The notes under the pieces were generated by a model that worked only from the letters and a program-made list of their open reading frames with translations, was not told where the DNA came from and searched no databases. A DNA stretch of 64,000 nucleotides from Armatimonadota bacterium (GTDB lineage Bacteria > Armatimonadota > SYMT01): positions 288,001-352,000 of the forward strand of contig JAWLHY010000001.1 of assembly GCA_041690135.1 (NCBI GenBank), in the 5' to 3' direction. Shown one piece after another: positions 29,127 to 38,775 of the stretch. A program made the position numbers and the translations under genes. Positions within the stretch are counted from its first letter, which is position 1. Each line of letters begins with the position of its first letter.

Positions 29127-30299
29127 TTAGTTCAACACGGTCAACGGCACCGGGGCGGACGGAGCCCGCGCCGGCTCGGCGGGTGTTTCGAGTTCCCAGC
29201 GGGAGACGACGTTGTAGAGGGCGTCCCGCTCGACGGGAACCCGGCCGGCCTCGCGGATCATGTCGAGGAGTTGCTGCATCGTCAGCGCCTGCCGGTTGCT
29301 CTGGTCGATCACGTGGGTGATCTCGTAGTTCATGATCGTCCCGTCCAGGTCGTCGGCGCCGTAGCGGAGGGCGAGCTGCGCCACGGGCGGGGTGATCATC
29401 ATCCAGAACGCCTTGATGTGGTCGAAGTTGTCCAGCATCAGCCGGGAGATGGCGATGGTCTTCAGGTCGTCCGCGCCGGTGGACCGCCGCACGTGAGCGA
29501 GCTTGGTGTTCTGCGGATCGAACGAGAGAGGGATGAAGCAGAAAAAGCCGCCGGTTTCGTCCTGCAACTCCCGCAGGCGGACCAGGTGCTCCACGCGCTC
29601 GGGTAGCGTCTCGATGTGCCCGTAGAGCATGGTGGCGTTCGACTTGAGCCCGGCGGAGTGGGCCGTGCGGGCGGTATCGAGCCAGTCGCGCCAGTCCAGC
29701 TTCTTATTGTAGAGCTCCTCGTGCACGCGCGGCGTGAGCACCTCGGCGCCCCCACCGGGAAGGGCGCCCAGTCCGGCTTCCTTCAACTCGACCAGCACTT
29801 CGGTCAGGGGACGTCCCGCGGCGCGCGCGATCTGCTGGAGCTCGATCATGGTGAACGCCTTGACCGTGGCGCTCGGACGTTCTTCTTTAATGGCGCGGAC
29901 GATGTCGAGGTAGTACTCGTAGGGCAGCCGGGGATTGATGCCGCCGACCATGTGGATCTCGGTGATCGGCACGTCGGCATACTCCCGCACCCGCCGGCGG
30001 ATCGCTTCCACGTCCAGCTCATAGGGCTTGGGGCCGCCCTTCTTGGCGTAGAAGGAGCAGAACTTACAGTCCTTGTTGCAGATGTTGGTGTAGTTGATGT
30101 GCTGGTTGCGGACGAAGTAGGCGATGTCGCCGTACTGCTTCTCGCGGACCCAGTTGGCCATGTACCCGAGGGCGGTCACCTCGCCACTCTCGTACATGCG
30201 CACGCCGTCCTCGAACGAAAGCCGTTCTCCGGCCTGCACCTTCTGCCAGATGTCGCCGAAGCCGGCCTGCTCGATATACCGATCCAGGTAGACGCTCAT
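29127..30299 (-). CDS. mqnE: Radical SAM aminofutalosine synthase (MqnE/CofH family)
   Basis: HINYTNICNKDCKFCSF, PGGGAE, NATMLYGHIET, HIKAFW. Confidence 0.8.
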   Translation of the reverse strand: MSVYLDRYIEQAGFGDIWQKVQAGERLSFEDGVRMYESGEVTALGYMANWVREKQYGDIAYFVRNQHINYTNICNKDCKFCSFYAKKGGPKPYELDVEAIRRRVREYADVPITEIHMVGGINPRLPYEYYLDIVRAIKEERPSATVKAFTMIELQQIARAAGRPLTEVLVELKEAGLGALPGGGAEVLTPRVHEELYNKKLDWRDWLDTARTAHSAGLKSNATMLYGHIETLPERVEHLVRLRELQDETGGFFCFIPLSFDPQNTKLAHVRRSTGADDLKTIAISRLMLDNFDHIKAFWMMITPPVAQLALRYGADDLDGTIMNYEITHVIDQSNRQALTMQQLLDMIREAGRVPVERDALYNVVSRWELETPAEPARAPSAPVPLTVLN

Positions 30300-30416
30300 C
30301 CTCTCCGCTTCCTCACCCCAACTGCCGGCTTGCTGCCCACCTGGAGCCTCCTCGCCGGGGCCAGGTTCATTTTATCATCGGACGCTCGTCGGCATTGCGT
30401 CTTGAAGATCACGGGA

Positions 30417-30457
30417 TTCCCCTCTCCCGCAGCGTGGGAGAGGGGTAGGGGTGAGGG
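30417..30457. repeat. REP-like CCCCTCTCCC..GGGAGAGGGG..GGGGTGAGGG
   Basis: Hairpin plus G-rich tail; relative at 12906. Confidence 0.6.
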
Positions 30458-30574
30458 CACTTTGGGCACGGTATATGCCGAAGTTAACCCGGATGGAGTC
30501 CTAGCGTGAGGTCATTGCGGGTACCGCAGTCCGTAGCGTTAACAGACTCGGCCGGGTTGTAAGGAAAAGGACGC

Positions 30575-31273
30575 TCAGTCCTGTGCGGGGGTGTAGTAGG
30601 AAGTGGGATAGCTGGGGCTCTTGCTGAGGGACTTTACGTGACCGTCGTACCACAGGATGTTGCAGGAGTCGCTGTGACGCCAACCTTCCCGGCGGTAGCC
30701 CGGATCGTTACCCTGGAGCAGGTTCTCCTGGTATCCTGGCGAGACACAGAGCATGTCCCCGTTGTTTTCCAGGCGGGTTTCGTAGGAGTCGTGGCACACG
30801 ATGGTGTTGGCCGGGTCGCTCACGGCTGCGTCGCTAACACCCGGGTTCTGCGGCCGGGAGAAGCTGTTGCCGTCCAGGTACCCGCTGAGGCCGTAGGACG
30901 AGTTCTTCTGCGCTTGGGCGCTGGGACAGGCCCAGATCTTCTCATTCTTGGCGTAGGGCTGGTAGAAATAGCCCCAGTAGGTCTGGTTGATCCAGTCGGT
31001 CTGGTGCCAGTTCCAGGAAGAGCCGTTGACCAGGAACGGCATCGTTTCGTCGTAGTCCTGCGTATACATTCGGATCGCCAGGCCGATCTGCTTCAGGTTC
31101 GACTGGCAACTGGCCTTGCGCGCGGCCTCGCGGGCGCGGGCGAAGACCGGGAAGAGGATGGCGGCGAGGATGGCGATAATGGCTATCACCACGAGCAGTT
31201 CAATCAGGGTGAAACCGCGGTTGGCGTGGTGGGCGCCGGTGGATGACTTCCGGCGCAGGGTAAGAAGAGTCAC
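30575..31273 (-). CDS. Prepilin-type DUF1559 / H-X9-DG protein
   Basis: [47 protein letters not shown]. Confidence 0.92.
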   Translation of the reverse strand: MTLLTLRRKSSTGAHHANRGFTLIELLVVIAIIAILAAILFPVFARAREAARKASCQSNLKQIGLAIRMYTQDYDETMPFLVNGSSWNWHQTDWINQTYWGYFYQPYAKNEKIWACPSAQAQKNSSYGLSGYLDGNSFSRPQNPGVSDAAVSDPANTIVCHDSYETRLENNGDMLCVSPGYQENLLQGNDPGYRREGWRHSDSCNILWYDGHVKSLSKSPSYPTSYYTPAQD

Positions 31274-31494
31274 GAGAGACTGCCTTTCTGCAAATGGAGG
31301 GCGCGGGCAAATAACGCGCCCTCGACACTGCCGGTTGAGGATAGGGTAGGCAGCTTAAGGCAGGGCGGAAAAGAGCTTAACGCTAGGCTAAGGAGTGGTT
31401 GGGTACTGGCAGAGTGACTTGCGGTCGCGATTCTGCTTTTCAACCGGACCTGCACTCCAGTGCGGGAAGCGGCAGGTGGGCGGGAGTGATCTGA

Positions 31495-32277
31495 ATGAGA
31501 GAGCGAGCAGCGCAAGTGCCGGACCGGCTCCAGCGCCTGACCGATCGGCTGGACGAGGAAGCGCCGGAGAACTGCCTGGGCAACGGGGCCACGGTGGACG
31601 AGATTCACGCGGTCGAGCGGGAGTTGGGGGTGCGCCTGCCGGAGAGTTACTGCTGGTTCCTCCGGGAGTTCGGGTTCACCTTCTGGCCGGAGTTCATCTA
31701 TGGCATTGCCCACGGCAAGTCGCCGGGAATGCGGGTGACGTGGCAGGCGGCGGTCGAACGGGCTCGCGTAACGCCACCACTGCCCAGGCACCTGGTGCCG
31801 TTCAGTCCGGACGGTTGGGGCAACCACTACTGTTTGGATACGGCGCGGTGGAACGGACCGGAGTGTCCCGTTGTGTTCTGGGACCACGAGCAGTCGGAAA
31901 ATCAAGCACCCGAAACCACGCACGGCTCCTTCCTCGAGTGGCTGGAAGATGCGTTGGAGGAGAGCGGGGACGAGGAAGAAGGGGCGGCGGACGAGGATGC
32001 CGTGGAGGGAGAGCCGGAAGTCGGAGCACCCGAGCCGCGCCCGGGCCGGCAGTTGCCGCCGGGGCCGCGGGGCATCTGCTATCGACCGCCCCACCCGGGC
32101 GCCCCGCCCCTCGACCGGGACGGGAGCCCAGTGGAACTCCACCTGCGGAACCAGAACCCGGCGGGACCGGTGGACGAAATACTACGGCTGGACCATCGGG
32201 GTACGGCGAAATACGCGCGCAACCATCCGAAATCGAGCCGAAAGCTGGACGCGAAGGGTTCTGCTAACGATAGTTGA
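31495..32277 (+). CDS. SMI1/KNR4 (SUKH) protein with C-terminal degenerate LHH-like segment
   Basis: [50 protein letters not shown]. Confidence 0.85.
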   Translation: MRERAAQVPDRLQRLTDRLDEEAPENCLGNGATVDEIHAVERELGVRLPESYCWFLREFGFTFWPEFIYGIAHGKSPGMRVTWQAAVERARVTPPLPRHLVPFSPDGWGNHYCLDTARWNGPECPVVFWDHEQSENQAPETTHGSFLEWLEDALEESGDEEEGAADEDAVEGEPEVGAPEPRPGRQLPPGPRGICYRPPHPGAPPLDRDGSPVELHLRNQNPAGPVDEILRLDHRGTAKYARNHPKSSRKLDAKGSANDS

Positions 32278-32752
32278 CGAACTGCAGGTCCACCGGAAGA
32301 TCGGCGCTCCGGAGCAACTGCATCACCGCCTGGAGGTCATCCTTGCTTTTGCCGGTGACGCGAACCTGGTCGCCCTGGATCTGCGTGGTCACCTTTTTGC
32401 CGCTGTCTTTGATCAGCTTGACGATCTTCTTTGCGGTGTCGGAGTCGAGGCCCTGCTTGAGCTTGACTTCCTGGCGCACCGTCATCTTGGCGGCGGGCTC
32501 CAGCTTGCCCAGTTCCAGGGCTTTGGTGGAGACACCCCGCTTGATCAATTTGCCCTGCAGCACCTCGACGAGCTGGTTCATTTTGAATTCGTCGTCCGAG
32601 TGCAGCTTGAGGTGCTCGCCTTCGAGTTCCACGCTGGAGACGGAGCCTTTGAAGTCGAAGCGGTTTTCGATCTCGCGCATCGTTTGCTGGATGGCGTTCT
32701 TCACTTCCGTCAGGTCGACTTTGGACACGATGTCGAACGAACTGTCTGCCAT
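32264..32752 (-). CDS. yajQ: YajQ family nucleotide (c-di-GMP)-binding protein
   Basis: [38 protein letters not shown]. Confidence 0.95.
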   Translation of the reverse strand: MADSSFDIVSKVDLTEVKNAIQQTMREIENRFDFKGSVSSVELEGEHLKLHSDDEFKMNQLVEVLQGKLIKRGVSTKALELGKLEPAAKMTVRQEVKLKQGLDSDTAKKIVKLIKDSGKKVTTQIQGDQVRVTGKSKDDLQAVMQLLRSADLPVDLQFVNYR

Positions 32753-33158
32753 GATTCGTGCTCCCCGGGTCGGTGGGCGGGCCTGCCCGCCCTGCAATTC
32801 GCACTGAAGCGCCCGGCGCCTTCACCGCCGGACGACCTCGCTCTTGTCGAAAGATAGCACTTCCCCGGCAGAGTGTCATCCCAGGGCCGGGCGGTACAGG
32901 TTTCCCGTGCTGCGCAGTGGCCGGTGCCGACTCCTTGCACCGACATTTATCGAGAGGCGTGAGGGAGGAGATCCGCCCGGCGATCGTTGAATCTCCGCGG
33001 AAAGTGGGGACTCCTGCACCACCGGCCTTCTGGCGGCACTTCTCTCGTTTGAAGGCACTTCGCCGGTACCCTCAACCCCGGACCCGCTGGAAACACCTGG
33101 CCTCGTTCAATTTCCCCGACGCACCGCCTCTACGCGGGAGACCCGCCCAGGAGCCTCG

Positions 33159-34313
33159 ATGTTGGACTCGTCTGAATACTACTACCCCGAGGAAGTTCAC
33201 TGTTTCGAAGGGCACACCGGCTCGGTCCACTCCGTGGCGTTCTCCCCGGACGGTCGCCGGGTCCTCTCCGGCAGCATCGACAGCAGCCTCCGCCTCTGGG
33301 ACGTGGAGAACGGCCGCGAGATCGGGTCTCTCTGGGGCCATGAGGACTGGGTCAACGGCGTGGCGATCAATCCGGACGGCACGCTGGGCCTCTCCGGCAG
33401 CGCGGACGGCACGGTGCGCCTCTGGGACCTGGTGGCGGGCCGCGAGGTCCGGCAGTTCGAGGGCGCGGAGGGATACGTCAACAGCGTTTCCTTCTCCCCT
33501 GGTGGGCGGCTCGCCCTCGCCGGAACGACCAGCGGAACCATCTACCTGTGGGACGTGGAGACGGCCCGGGAGATCCGCCGGTTCTCCGGTCACCCGGACT
33601 GGGTGACGGGCGTCGTCTTCTCTCCGGATGGCCGGCAGGTCCTTTCCGGGGGCGCCGACCTCACCGTGCGCCTGTGGGACGTGGAAACCGGCCGCCGGAT
33701 CCGCATTTTCGAAGGCTACCCTGATATCGTCTACTCCGGCCCGGAAGGCTACGAAAACCTCGGCCGCAGCGGCAGTCACTACTCCGGCGGTCACGTCAGC
33801 AGCCTCTCCTCCGGCTTCTCCGGGGGCCTCGTCGGCAGCCACTCCCTGGCCCTGCCCGAAACGAGCCGCTCCCTGCAGATGGTCCGCCCCGCCCGCCACA
33901 CCTGCCTGGTAAAGAGCGTCGCCTTCTCTCCGGACGGCACGCGGGTCCTCTCCTGCAACGAGGAGAGCAGCTTCCGCCTGTGGGATGCCCGCACCGGGCG
34001 CGAGCTGCGGCGTTACCGCGGCCACACCGGCTGCGTCCGCTCCGCCGCCTTCACCCCGGACGGCAAGCAGATCGTCTCCGGCAGCATCGCCGCCTTCGGC
34101 AGCGACGACAACACGGTCCGCCTCTGGAACGTGGAGACCGGCGAAGAGCAGCAGGTGTTCGAGGGCCACACCGGCTGGGTCTGGTGCGTCGCCGTCTCCC
34201 CCGACGGACGCTACGTCATCTCCGGCGGCGGGGACAACACCCTCCGCCTCTGGAGCATCCCCACCCGCGTCGACGCCCTCGAAGCGGGCGACGACGAATA
34301 CTACCCCGAGTAG
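33159..34313 (+). CDS. WD40-repeat beta-propeller protein
   Basis: Seven GH...V.FSPDG...D..VRLWD-type repeats. Confidence 0.93.
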   Translation: MLDSSEYYYPEEVHCFEGHTGSVHSVAFSPDGRRVLSGSIDSSLRLWDVENGREIGSLWGHEDWVNGVAINPDGTLGLSGSADGTVRLWDLVAGREVRQFEGAEGYVNSVSFSPGGRLALAGTTSGTIYLWDVETAREIRRFSGHPDWVTGVVFSPDGRQVLSGGADLTVRLWDVETGRRIRIFEGYPDIVYSGPEGYENLGRSGSHYSGGHVSSLSSGFSGGLVGSHSLALPETSRSLQMVRPARHTCLVKSVAFSPDGTRVLSCNEESSFRLWDARTGRELRRYRGHTGCVRSAAFTPDGKQIVSGSIAAFGSDDNTVRLWNVETGEEQQVFEGHTGWVWCVAVSPDGRYVISGGGDNTLRLWSIPTRVDALEAGDDEYYPE

Positions 34314-34342
34314 CGTTCTCGCAGATTGGACCGCAGCTACGA

Positions 34343-34379
34343 AGCAGGCCCCACCGGAGCACCTCCGGTGGGGCCTGCT
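34343..34379. terminator. Hairpin after WD40 gene
   Basis: 17-bp perfect stem agcaggccccaccggag/ctccggtggggcctgct. Confidence 0.6.
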
Positions 34380-34555
34380 GTTACGGATCACCCAAGCGAA
34401 AGACAAGGAGGGATCTTGTTGCCCGTCAGCCAAACTCGCGCCAGATGACTTTGTCTCACAACGCCGCAGGTTTGGCGGGGCACCCACGCGTGGGTCGTCA
34501 CTCGCCCAACTATAGCGGTCCCCAAGCGACTCAGATCAGGTTGCGCGACACAAGA

Positions 34556-34584
34556 AGCCCCTCCGGATCTCATCCGGAGGGGCT
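34556..34584 (-). terminator. Hairpin downstream of sigma factor gene
   Basis: 13-bp perfect stem agcccctccggat/atccggaggggct. Confidence 0.55.
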
Positions 34585-34716
34585 CCCTGAACTTCAACAC
34601 CCTCAGAACCCGGTCATCCCGCCAACCTCCGCGCCCACTTCTTCTTTCTTCATGGCGCACTTGGCGCACTCCTGTGGGGCGTAAATCTTGGCGGTTAAAG
34701 CAAACCCGAGTGCTGT

Positions 34717-35520
34717 CTACGGCTGCGCCGCGGCCATCGAGCTGCGCAGCTGCTGCAGCGCCGACCGCTCCAACCGGCTGATATGCATCTGCGAGAGGCC
34801 CAGCTCGTCCGCCACTTCCTGCTGGCTGAAGCCCTCGAAGAAGCGGCGCCGCAGGATCTTCTGCTTCCGTTCGTCCAGGGTGGAGAGGGCCGCGTGGAGT
34901 GGGGCGTGCTCGACCACGGATTCCATGAACGGATCCGGGCGTCCCACCGTGTCGCCGAGGGCGAGGGAATCGTTGCCGTCTTCCATCTCGCGCCGGTCTT
35001 CCAGGCCCTGAGTCTGGTAGGCGCGATACATCTCGATCGCCTGGACCAGGTCCTCCTCGGAGATCTTGAACGCCTCGGCCATCTCCGAGATGGTGGGTTC
35101 CCGCTGGAGCTTCCGGAAGAGCTCGTCCTCCATCCGGTTCAGGTTGGCGGCGATCTCCTGCAGGTAGCGGGGGACCTTCACGCTCCAGGTCCGGTCGCGG
35201 AAATACCGCTTGATTTCGCCGACCATGCAGTGGACGGCGTACGTACTGAACTTGGTCTCGTGCGAGGGGTCGAACCGATCGAGCGCTCCGATCAGCGCGA
35301 TCCATGCGGACTGGACCAGGTCTTCCACGGGCACGCCGGGTCTCGCGAACTTGTGGGCCAGCGAGCGGACCAGCGCTTCGTGTCGTTCGATGATGGTCTC
35401 GCGCAGCTTGGGATCCCGGTTCTGCGCATATATTTCCAGTAACGCCTCGGTGGATTGGTCCCGAATGGCGATGGGTTCCATGCTCATCACTCCATACAGA
35501 GCACATCCCGGTCGGTTCAA
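34717..35520 (-). CDS. SigB/SigF/SigG family RNA polymerase sigma factor (start may be 35487 or 35481)
   Basis: EDLVQ, RFDP..KFSTYA..GEIKRYFRDRTWSVKVPR, SQQEVADELGLSQMHISRL. Confidence 0.95.
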   Translation of the reverse strand: MNRPGCALYGVMSMEPIAIRDQSTEALLEIYAQNRDPKLRETIIERHEALVRSLAHKFARPGVPVEDLVQSAWIALIGALDRFDPSHETKFSTYAVHCMVGEIKRYFRDRTWSVKVPRYLQEIAANLNRMEDELFRKLQREPTISEMAEAFKISEEDLVQAIEMYRAYQTQGLEDRREMEDGNDSLALGDTVGRPDPFMESVVEHAPLHAALSTLDERKQKILRRRFFEGFSQQEVADELGLSQMHISRLERSALQQLRSSMAAAQP

Positions 35521-35624
35521 CCGTTCCGGCCGGGGTTGCCTCCCAGGCAGAGAGAGGCTCTGCAGTTGTTCTCCGGGGTCTTATCCGGCCGCTTTGTGCG
35601 ACTGACCCCGGTTCAGAGCTAACC

Positions 35625-35650
35625 TTACCCGACGCCTTGGGGGCCTAAAC
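35625..35650 (-). promoter_or_regulatory. Putative autoregulatory SigB-type promoter GTTTAG-N14-GGGTAA
   Basis: Minus strand gtttag gcccccaaggcgtc gggtaa upstream of the sigma gene. Confidence 0.7.
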
Positions 35651-35698
35651 GTAGCCCCAGGCAGGTCGTCGGGGCACCCGCCGCCAGGTAAGTACAAG

Positions 35699-35729
35699 AA
35701 AAACCCGCCGGTGCTTGCACTCCGGCGGG
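35699..35729 (-). terminator. Intrinsic terminator
   Basis: cccgccgg/ccggcggg stem plus TTTTT on the minus strand. Confidence 0.8.
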
Positions 35730-35756
35730 CTCCTCGACTAGGGCCAACTATACTGA

Positions 35757-35849
35757 TTAACCGAATGGTTCTAAACGACGCCACTAGCGAAGATACGAGC
35801 TGCTTGTCGTAGTCATCTCTTTAGACGCCGTTTAGAAACCCCCGTTCAA
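35757..35849 (-). ncRNA. Candidate rod-shaped sRNA/leader hairpin
   Basis: ~93-nt imperfect hairpin; most mismatches read as G-U pairs on the minus strand. Confidence 0.35.
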
Positions 35850-35902
35850 ACTTTTTTCTTGCGAGTTTTTCGCGCCTTCTTTGGGCCTGGTTTGGAGCGG
35901 GT

Positions 35903-37411
35903 CTACTCGCCGCCCGTGGCGAGCTGCATCACCTTCTCCTGGGTGGCCTCTTCCCGGCTCAGCTCGCCGGCCAGACGCCCCTCGTGCATCACCAGCATCC
36001 GGTCGCTCATCCCCAGCAGCTCGGGCAGTTCGCTGCTGATCATGATCATCGCGGCGCCCTTGGCCACCAGCTCATTCATCAGCTCGTAGATCTCGATCTT
36101 GGCCCCCACGTCGATCCCGCGGGTCGGCTCGTCGAAGATCAGGAGCTTGGAGTCGGTGAACAGCCACTTGGCCAGCACTACCTTCTGCTGGTTGCCGCCG
36201 GAGAGGTTGCGAACTTCCTGCTCGATGGACGGGGTGCGGATGCGCAGGTCCTTGGAGTACTGCTCGGACACTTCCCGCTCGCGACCGCGGTCCACGAACC
36301 CCAGCTTCGTCAGGGCGTCCAGGTTGGCCAGGGTCGTGTTCTCGCGCACGACCATATTCAGGATCAGCCCGAGCTGCTTGCGATCTTCGGGAACGAGGCC
36401 GATGCCCAGCCCGATTGCTTCCCGCGGCGACCGCGGGTGGACCGGCTTGCCGTTCAGCAGGATCTCGCCGGAGTCGATCGGGTCCGCGCCGAAGATCGCG
36501 CGGGCCACTTCCGTCCGCCCCGCACCGACCAGCCCGCCGATGCCGACGATCTCTCCGCTCCGCACGGTGAAGGAGACGTCCTCGAACACGCCCTTGCGGG
36601 TGAGGCCGCGCACTTCCAGCACCGGCTCCCCCACGGGCGCCGGGCGCTTGGGGATGCTCTCCTTCAGCTCGCGGCCCACCATCATCCGGATCACGTCGTC
36701 GCGGTCGGTCTCCTCGATCCGCTTGGTGGCGATGTAGTGCCCGTCCCGGAATACCGTCACCCGGTCGCAGATGGAGAAGATCTCCTCCATCCGGTGGCTG
36801 ATGTACACGATGCCGACGCCCCGCTCCCGCAGCCCCTTGATCAGCTCGAACAGGTTCTGCAGCTCGTGGTCGGTCAGCGTGGCGGAGGGCTCGTCCATCG
36901 CGATGATCACGCTGTTGCGCGAGGTCGCCTTGGCGATTTCCACCATCTGCTGCTGGGCCACGGAGAGCCGGCTCACCTCCTGCCGGACGTCCACCTGCAC
37001 GCCCAGCGAGTCCATCACCGCCTGCGCGTCGCCGTACAGCTTCTTGAAGTTGATGAAGCCGGGAATCGCCGCCCCCGGCTCGCGGCCCAGGTAGATGTTC
37101 TCCGCGGCGCTGAGGTGGGGGACCAGGTTGAATTCCTGGTAGATGATGTTGACGCCCAGGTCCATGGCGTCCTGGGGGCTGGCGATGTGGGCGGGCTTCC
37201 CGTTGATGAGGATCTCGCCCTGGTCCTTCGTCTCCGCGCCGGCGAGGATCTTCATCAGGGTCGACTTGCCGGCGCCGTTTTCGCCGCACAGGGCGTGCAC
37301 CTCGCCCGGCAAGACCTCGAAGTCGACGTTGTCGAGCGCCACCACGCCAGGGTAGCGCTTGCTGATACCGCGCATCTGGAGCAACGGAGTAGAGGAAGCG
37401 TGATTGGTCAT
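35903..37411 (-). CDS. Sugar ABC transporter ATP-binding protein (RbsA/MglA type)
   Basis: GENGAGKSTLMK, MDEPSA, LSGGNQQKV, FDEPTRGIDVGAK. Confidence 0.96.
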   Translation of the reverse strand: MTNHASSTPLLQMRGISKRYPGVVALDNVDFEVLPGEVHALCGENGAGKSTLMKILAGAETKDQGEILINGKPAHIASPQDAMDLGVNIIYQEFNLVPHLSAAENIYLGREPGAAIPGFINFKKLYGDAQAVMDSLGVQVDVRQEVSRLSVAQQQMVEIAKATSRNSVIIAMDEPSATLTDHELQNLFELIKGLRERGVGIVYISHRMEEIFSICDRVTVFRDGHYIATKRIEETDRDDVIRMMVGRELKESIPKRPAPVGEPVLEVRGLTRKGVFEDVSFTVRSGEIVGIGGLVGAGRTEVARAIFGADPIDSGEILLNGKPVHPRSPREAIGLGIGLVPEDRKQLGLILNMVVRENTTLANLDALTKLGFVDRGREREVSEQYSKDLRIRTPSIEQEVRNLSGGNQQKVVLAKWLFTDSKLLIFDEPTRGIDVGAKIEIYELMNELVAKGAAMIMISSELPELLGMSDRMLVMHEGRLAGELSREEATQEKVMQLATGGE

Positions 37412-37884
37412 TTCTGGTTGGACTGTATGCGGGAGGCGGCCCGAAGTAGGAGTGGGACCGCTGCCGCCCTATGTAGTTACGCCGCATCGCCTCAGAAGTA
37501 CTCTTTGGTGGCACCAAGTCTCGCGAAGAGGCCGGTTCGGAACTGGATTCGAGGCGGCTCTTCGGAAGTGCAGCCAGTCGAGAGCAAGAACCCTGCGTTC
37601 GACATCTCCACTGCAGCACCCATTGAGATCAAGGAAGGATAGGCGGCAAAGCCGGGTCCGAAAAAATATTTGTGGCCCGGCGACCTCTAGGTTGCCGGGC
37701 CACTGGGCTCTACGCTACACTCGCCTTAATCGGCTGTTATCTATCTGTGTTGGATGGCGATCTAGCCCCCTCGGCTAGGCAACCGCCGAGGTTCATGTCT
37801 CTGTGCGGCCGTGTAGTGCTGGCCGAACTGCTCAAGACGGATTTCATGCGACCGGCGGCTTTGGACCGTTCTACACGCCGTGAG

Positions 37885-38775
37885 ATGGCAATGCGCTCGG
37901 GGACGTTAGCTCTCTGTTGCGGATGCCTCTTGCTCATTGCCTTGGGAGTTCCAGGCTGCGGCAGGAACACCCCCGCCCGCCCGCCCCAGGTTCCGTCCGG
38001 GGCGAACGGGCGCGGGGTTCTGCCGGGCCATTCCACGGCGCCGTCGATACCCGCCCATCTCGCGGTCATCGAGATCTCTAACGGCCTGAACCGCCGGCTG
38101 GACCGGGTACTTCACGACGGAAGGCGCTTCCGGAGCGAGCAGCTCCACGAGCGAACCCGAGCGGTAGTCGCGGTCGAGCTGCACGACGGAGCGGATCCGG
38201 ACCTCGTGCTCCGTTATATTCCCCGAGCCCGCAGGGGCGGTCCGACGCCCGCTGCGTGCATCCGGAGGTTCTGGGGCAAGGTGGTACCGGAACTGGGTGA
38301 AGAGGAAGCGCGTCGCCGGTACGCCGTCACCGGCGACGGTCTTCGGCCGGCGCGTTTGGGACCGAGCGCACCGGATCCCGCGCTGTTGCCCTTCGTACCC
38401 GAGGCAGGTATGACGGCCCGCAAGACCGGGGTGGCCTCACATTGCGGCAGAACTTGTGAGGTGTGGGCGCAGCACCGGAGCGTCCAGCGGGCCGACAGGC
38501 AGCGAGTGGATACTTCGATCGTGTCGTGGGTGGATCGGGCATCAGGTCTCGTGCTTCGTCGCGAAACGAAGATCTCGTTCGGAGAGAATTCACCTGCCCC
38601 GCCCCGTCGGATCACCCTTCGCACCGTCTCAGTCCAGTTCAATCCGAGGTATACCGACGCTGACTTCGAGGTGCCGCGGGGCGCCACGATCTGGCTGCCC
38701 GAGACATTCGCTGGGGCTCGTCTCCCGCCCGGCGTGCGGCGGGTGATGAAGCCCGGCATGGGCATTCCTTTATGA
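37885..38775 (+). CDS. Putative lipoprotein with LolA-like C-terminal segment
   Basis: Lipobox-like LGVPGC; GRTCEVW..WVDRASGLVLR..DADFEVP. Confidence 0.6.
   Translation: MAMRSGTLALCCGCLLLIALGVPGCGRNTPARPPQVPSGANGRGVLPGHSTAPSIPAHLAVIEISNGLNRRLDRVLHDGRRFRSEQLHERTRAVVAVELHDGADPDLVLRYIPRARRGGPTPAACIRRFWGKVVPELGEEEARRRYAVTGDGLRPARLGPSAPDPALLPFVPEAGMTARKTGVASHCGRTCEVWAQHRSVQRADRQRVDTSIVSWVDRASGLVLRRETKISFGENSPAPPRRITLRTVSVQFNPRYTDADFEVPRGATIWLPETFAGARLPPGVRRVMKPGMGIPL

Noticed and set aside
29127-30299. RiPP-modifying radical SAM
   Set aside because: Sequence fits the MqnE/CofH family; no SPASM domain or precursor.
35757-35849. SRP (4.5S) RNA
   Set aside because: Has AAGCAGC but lacks the CAGG..GGAA..GG domain IV context.
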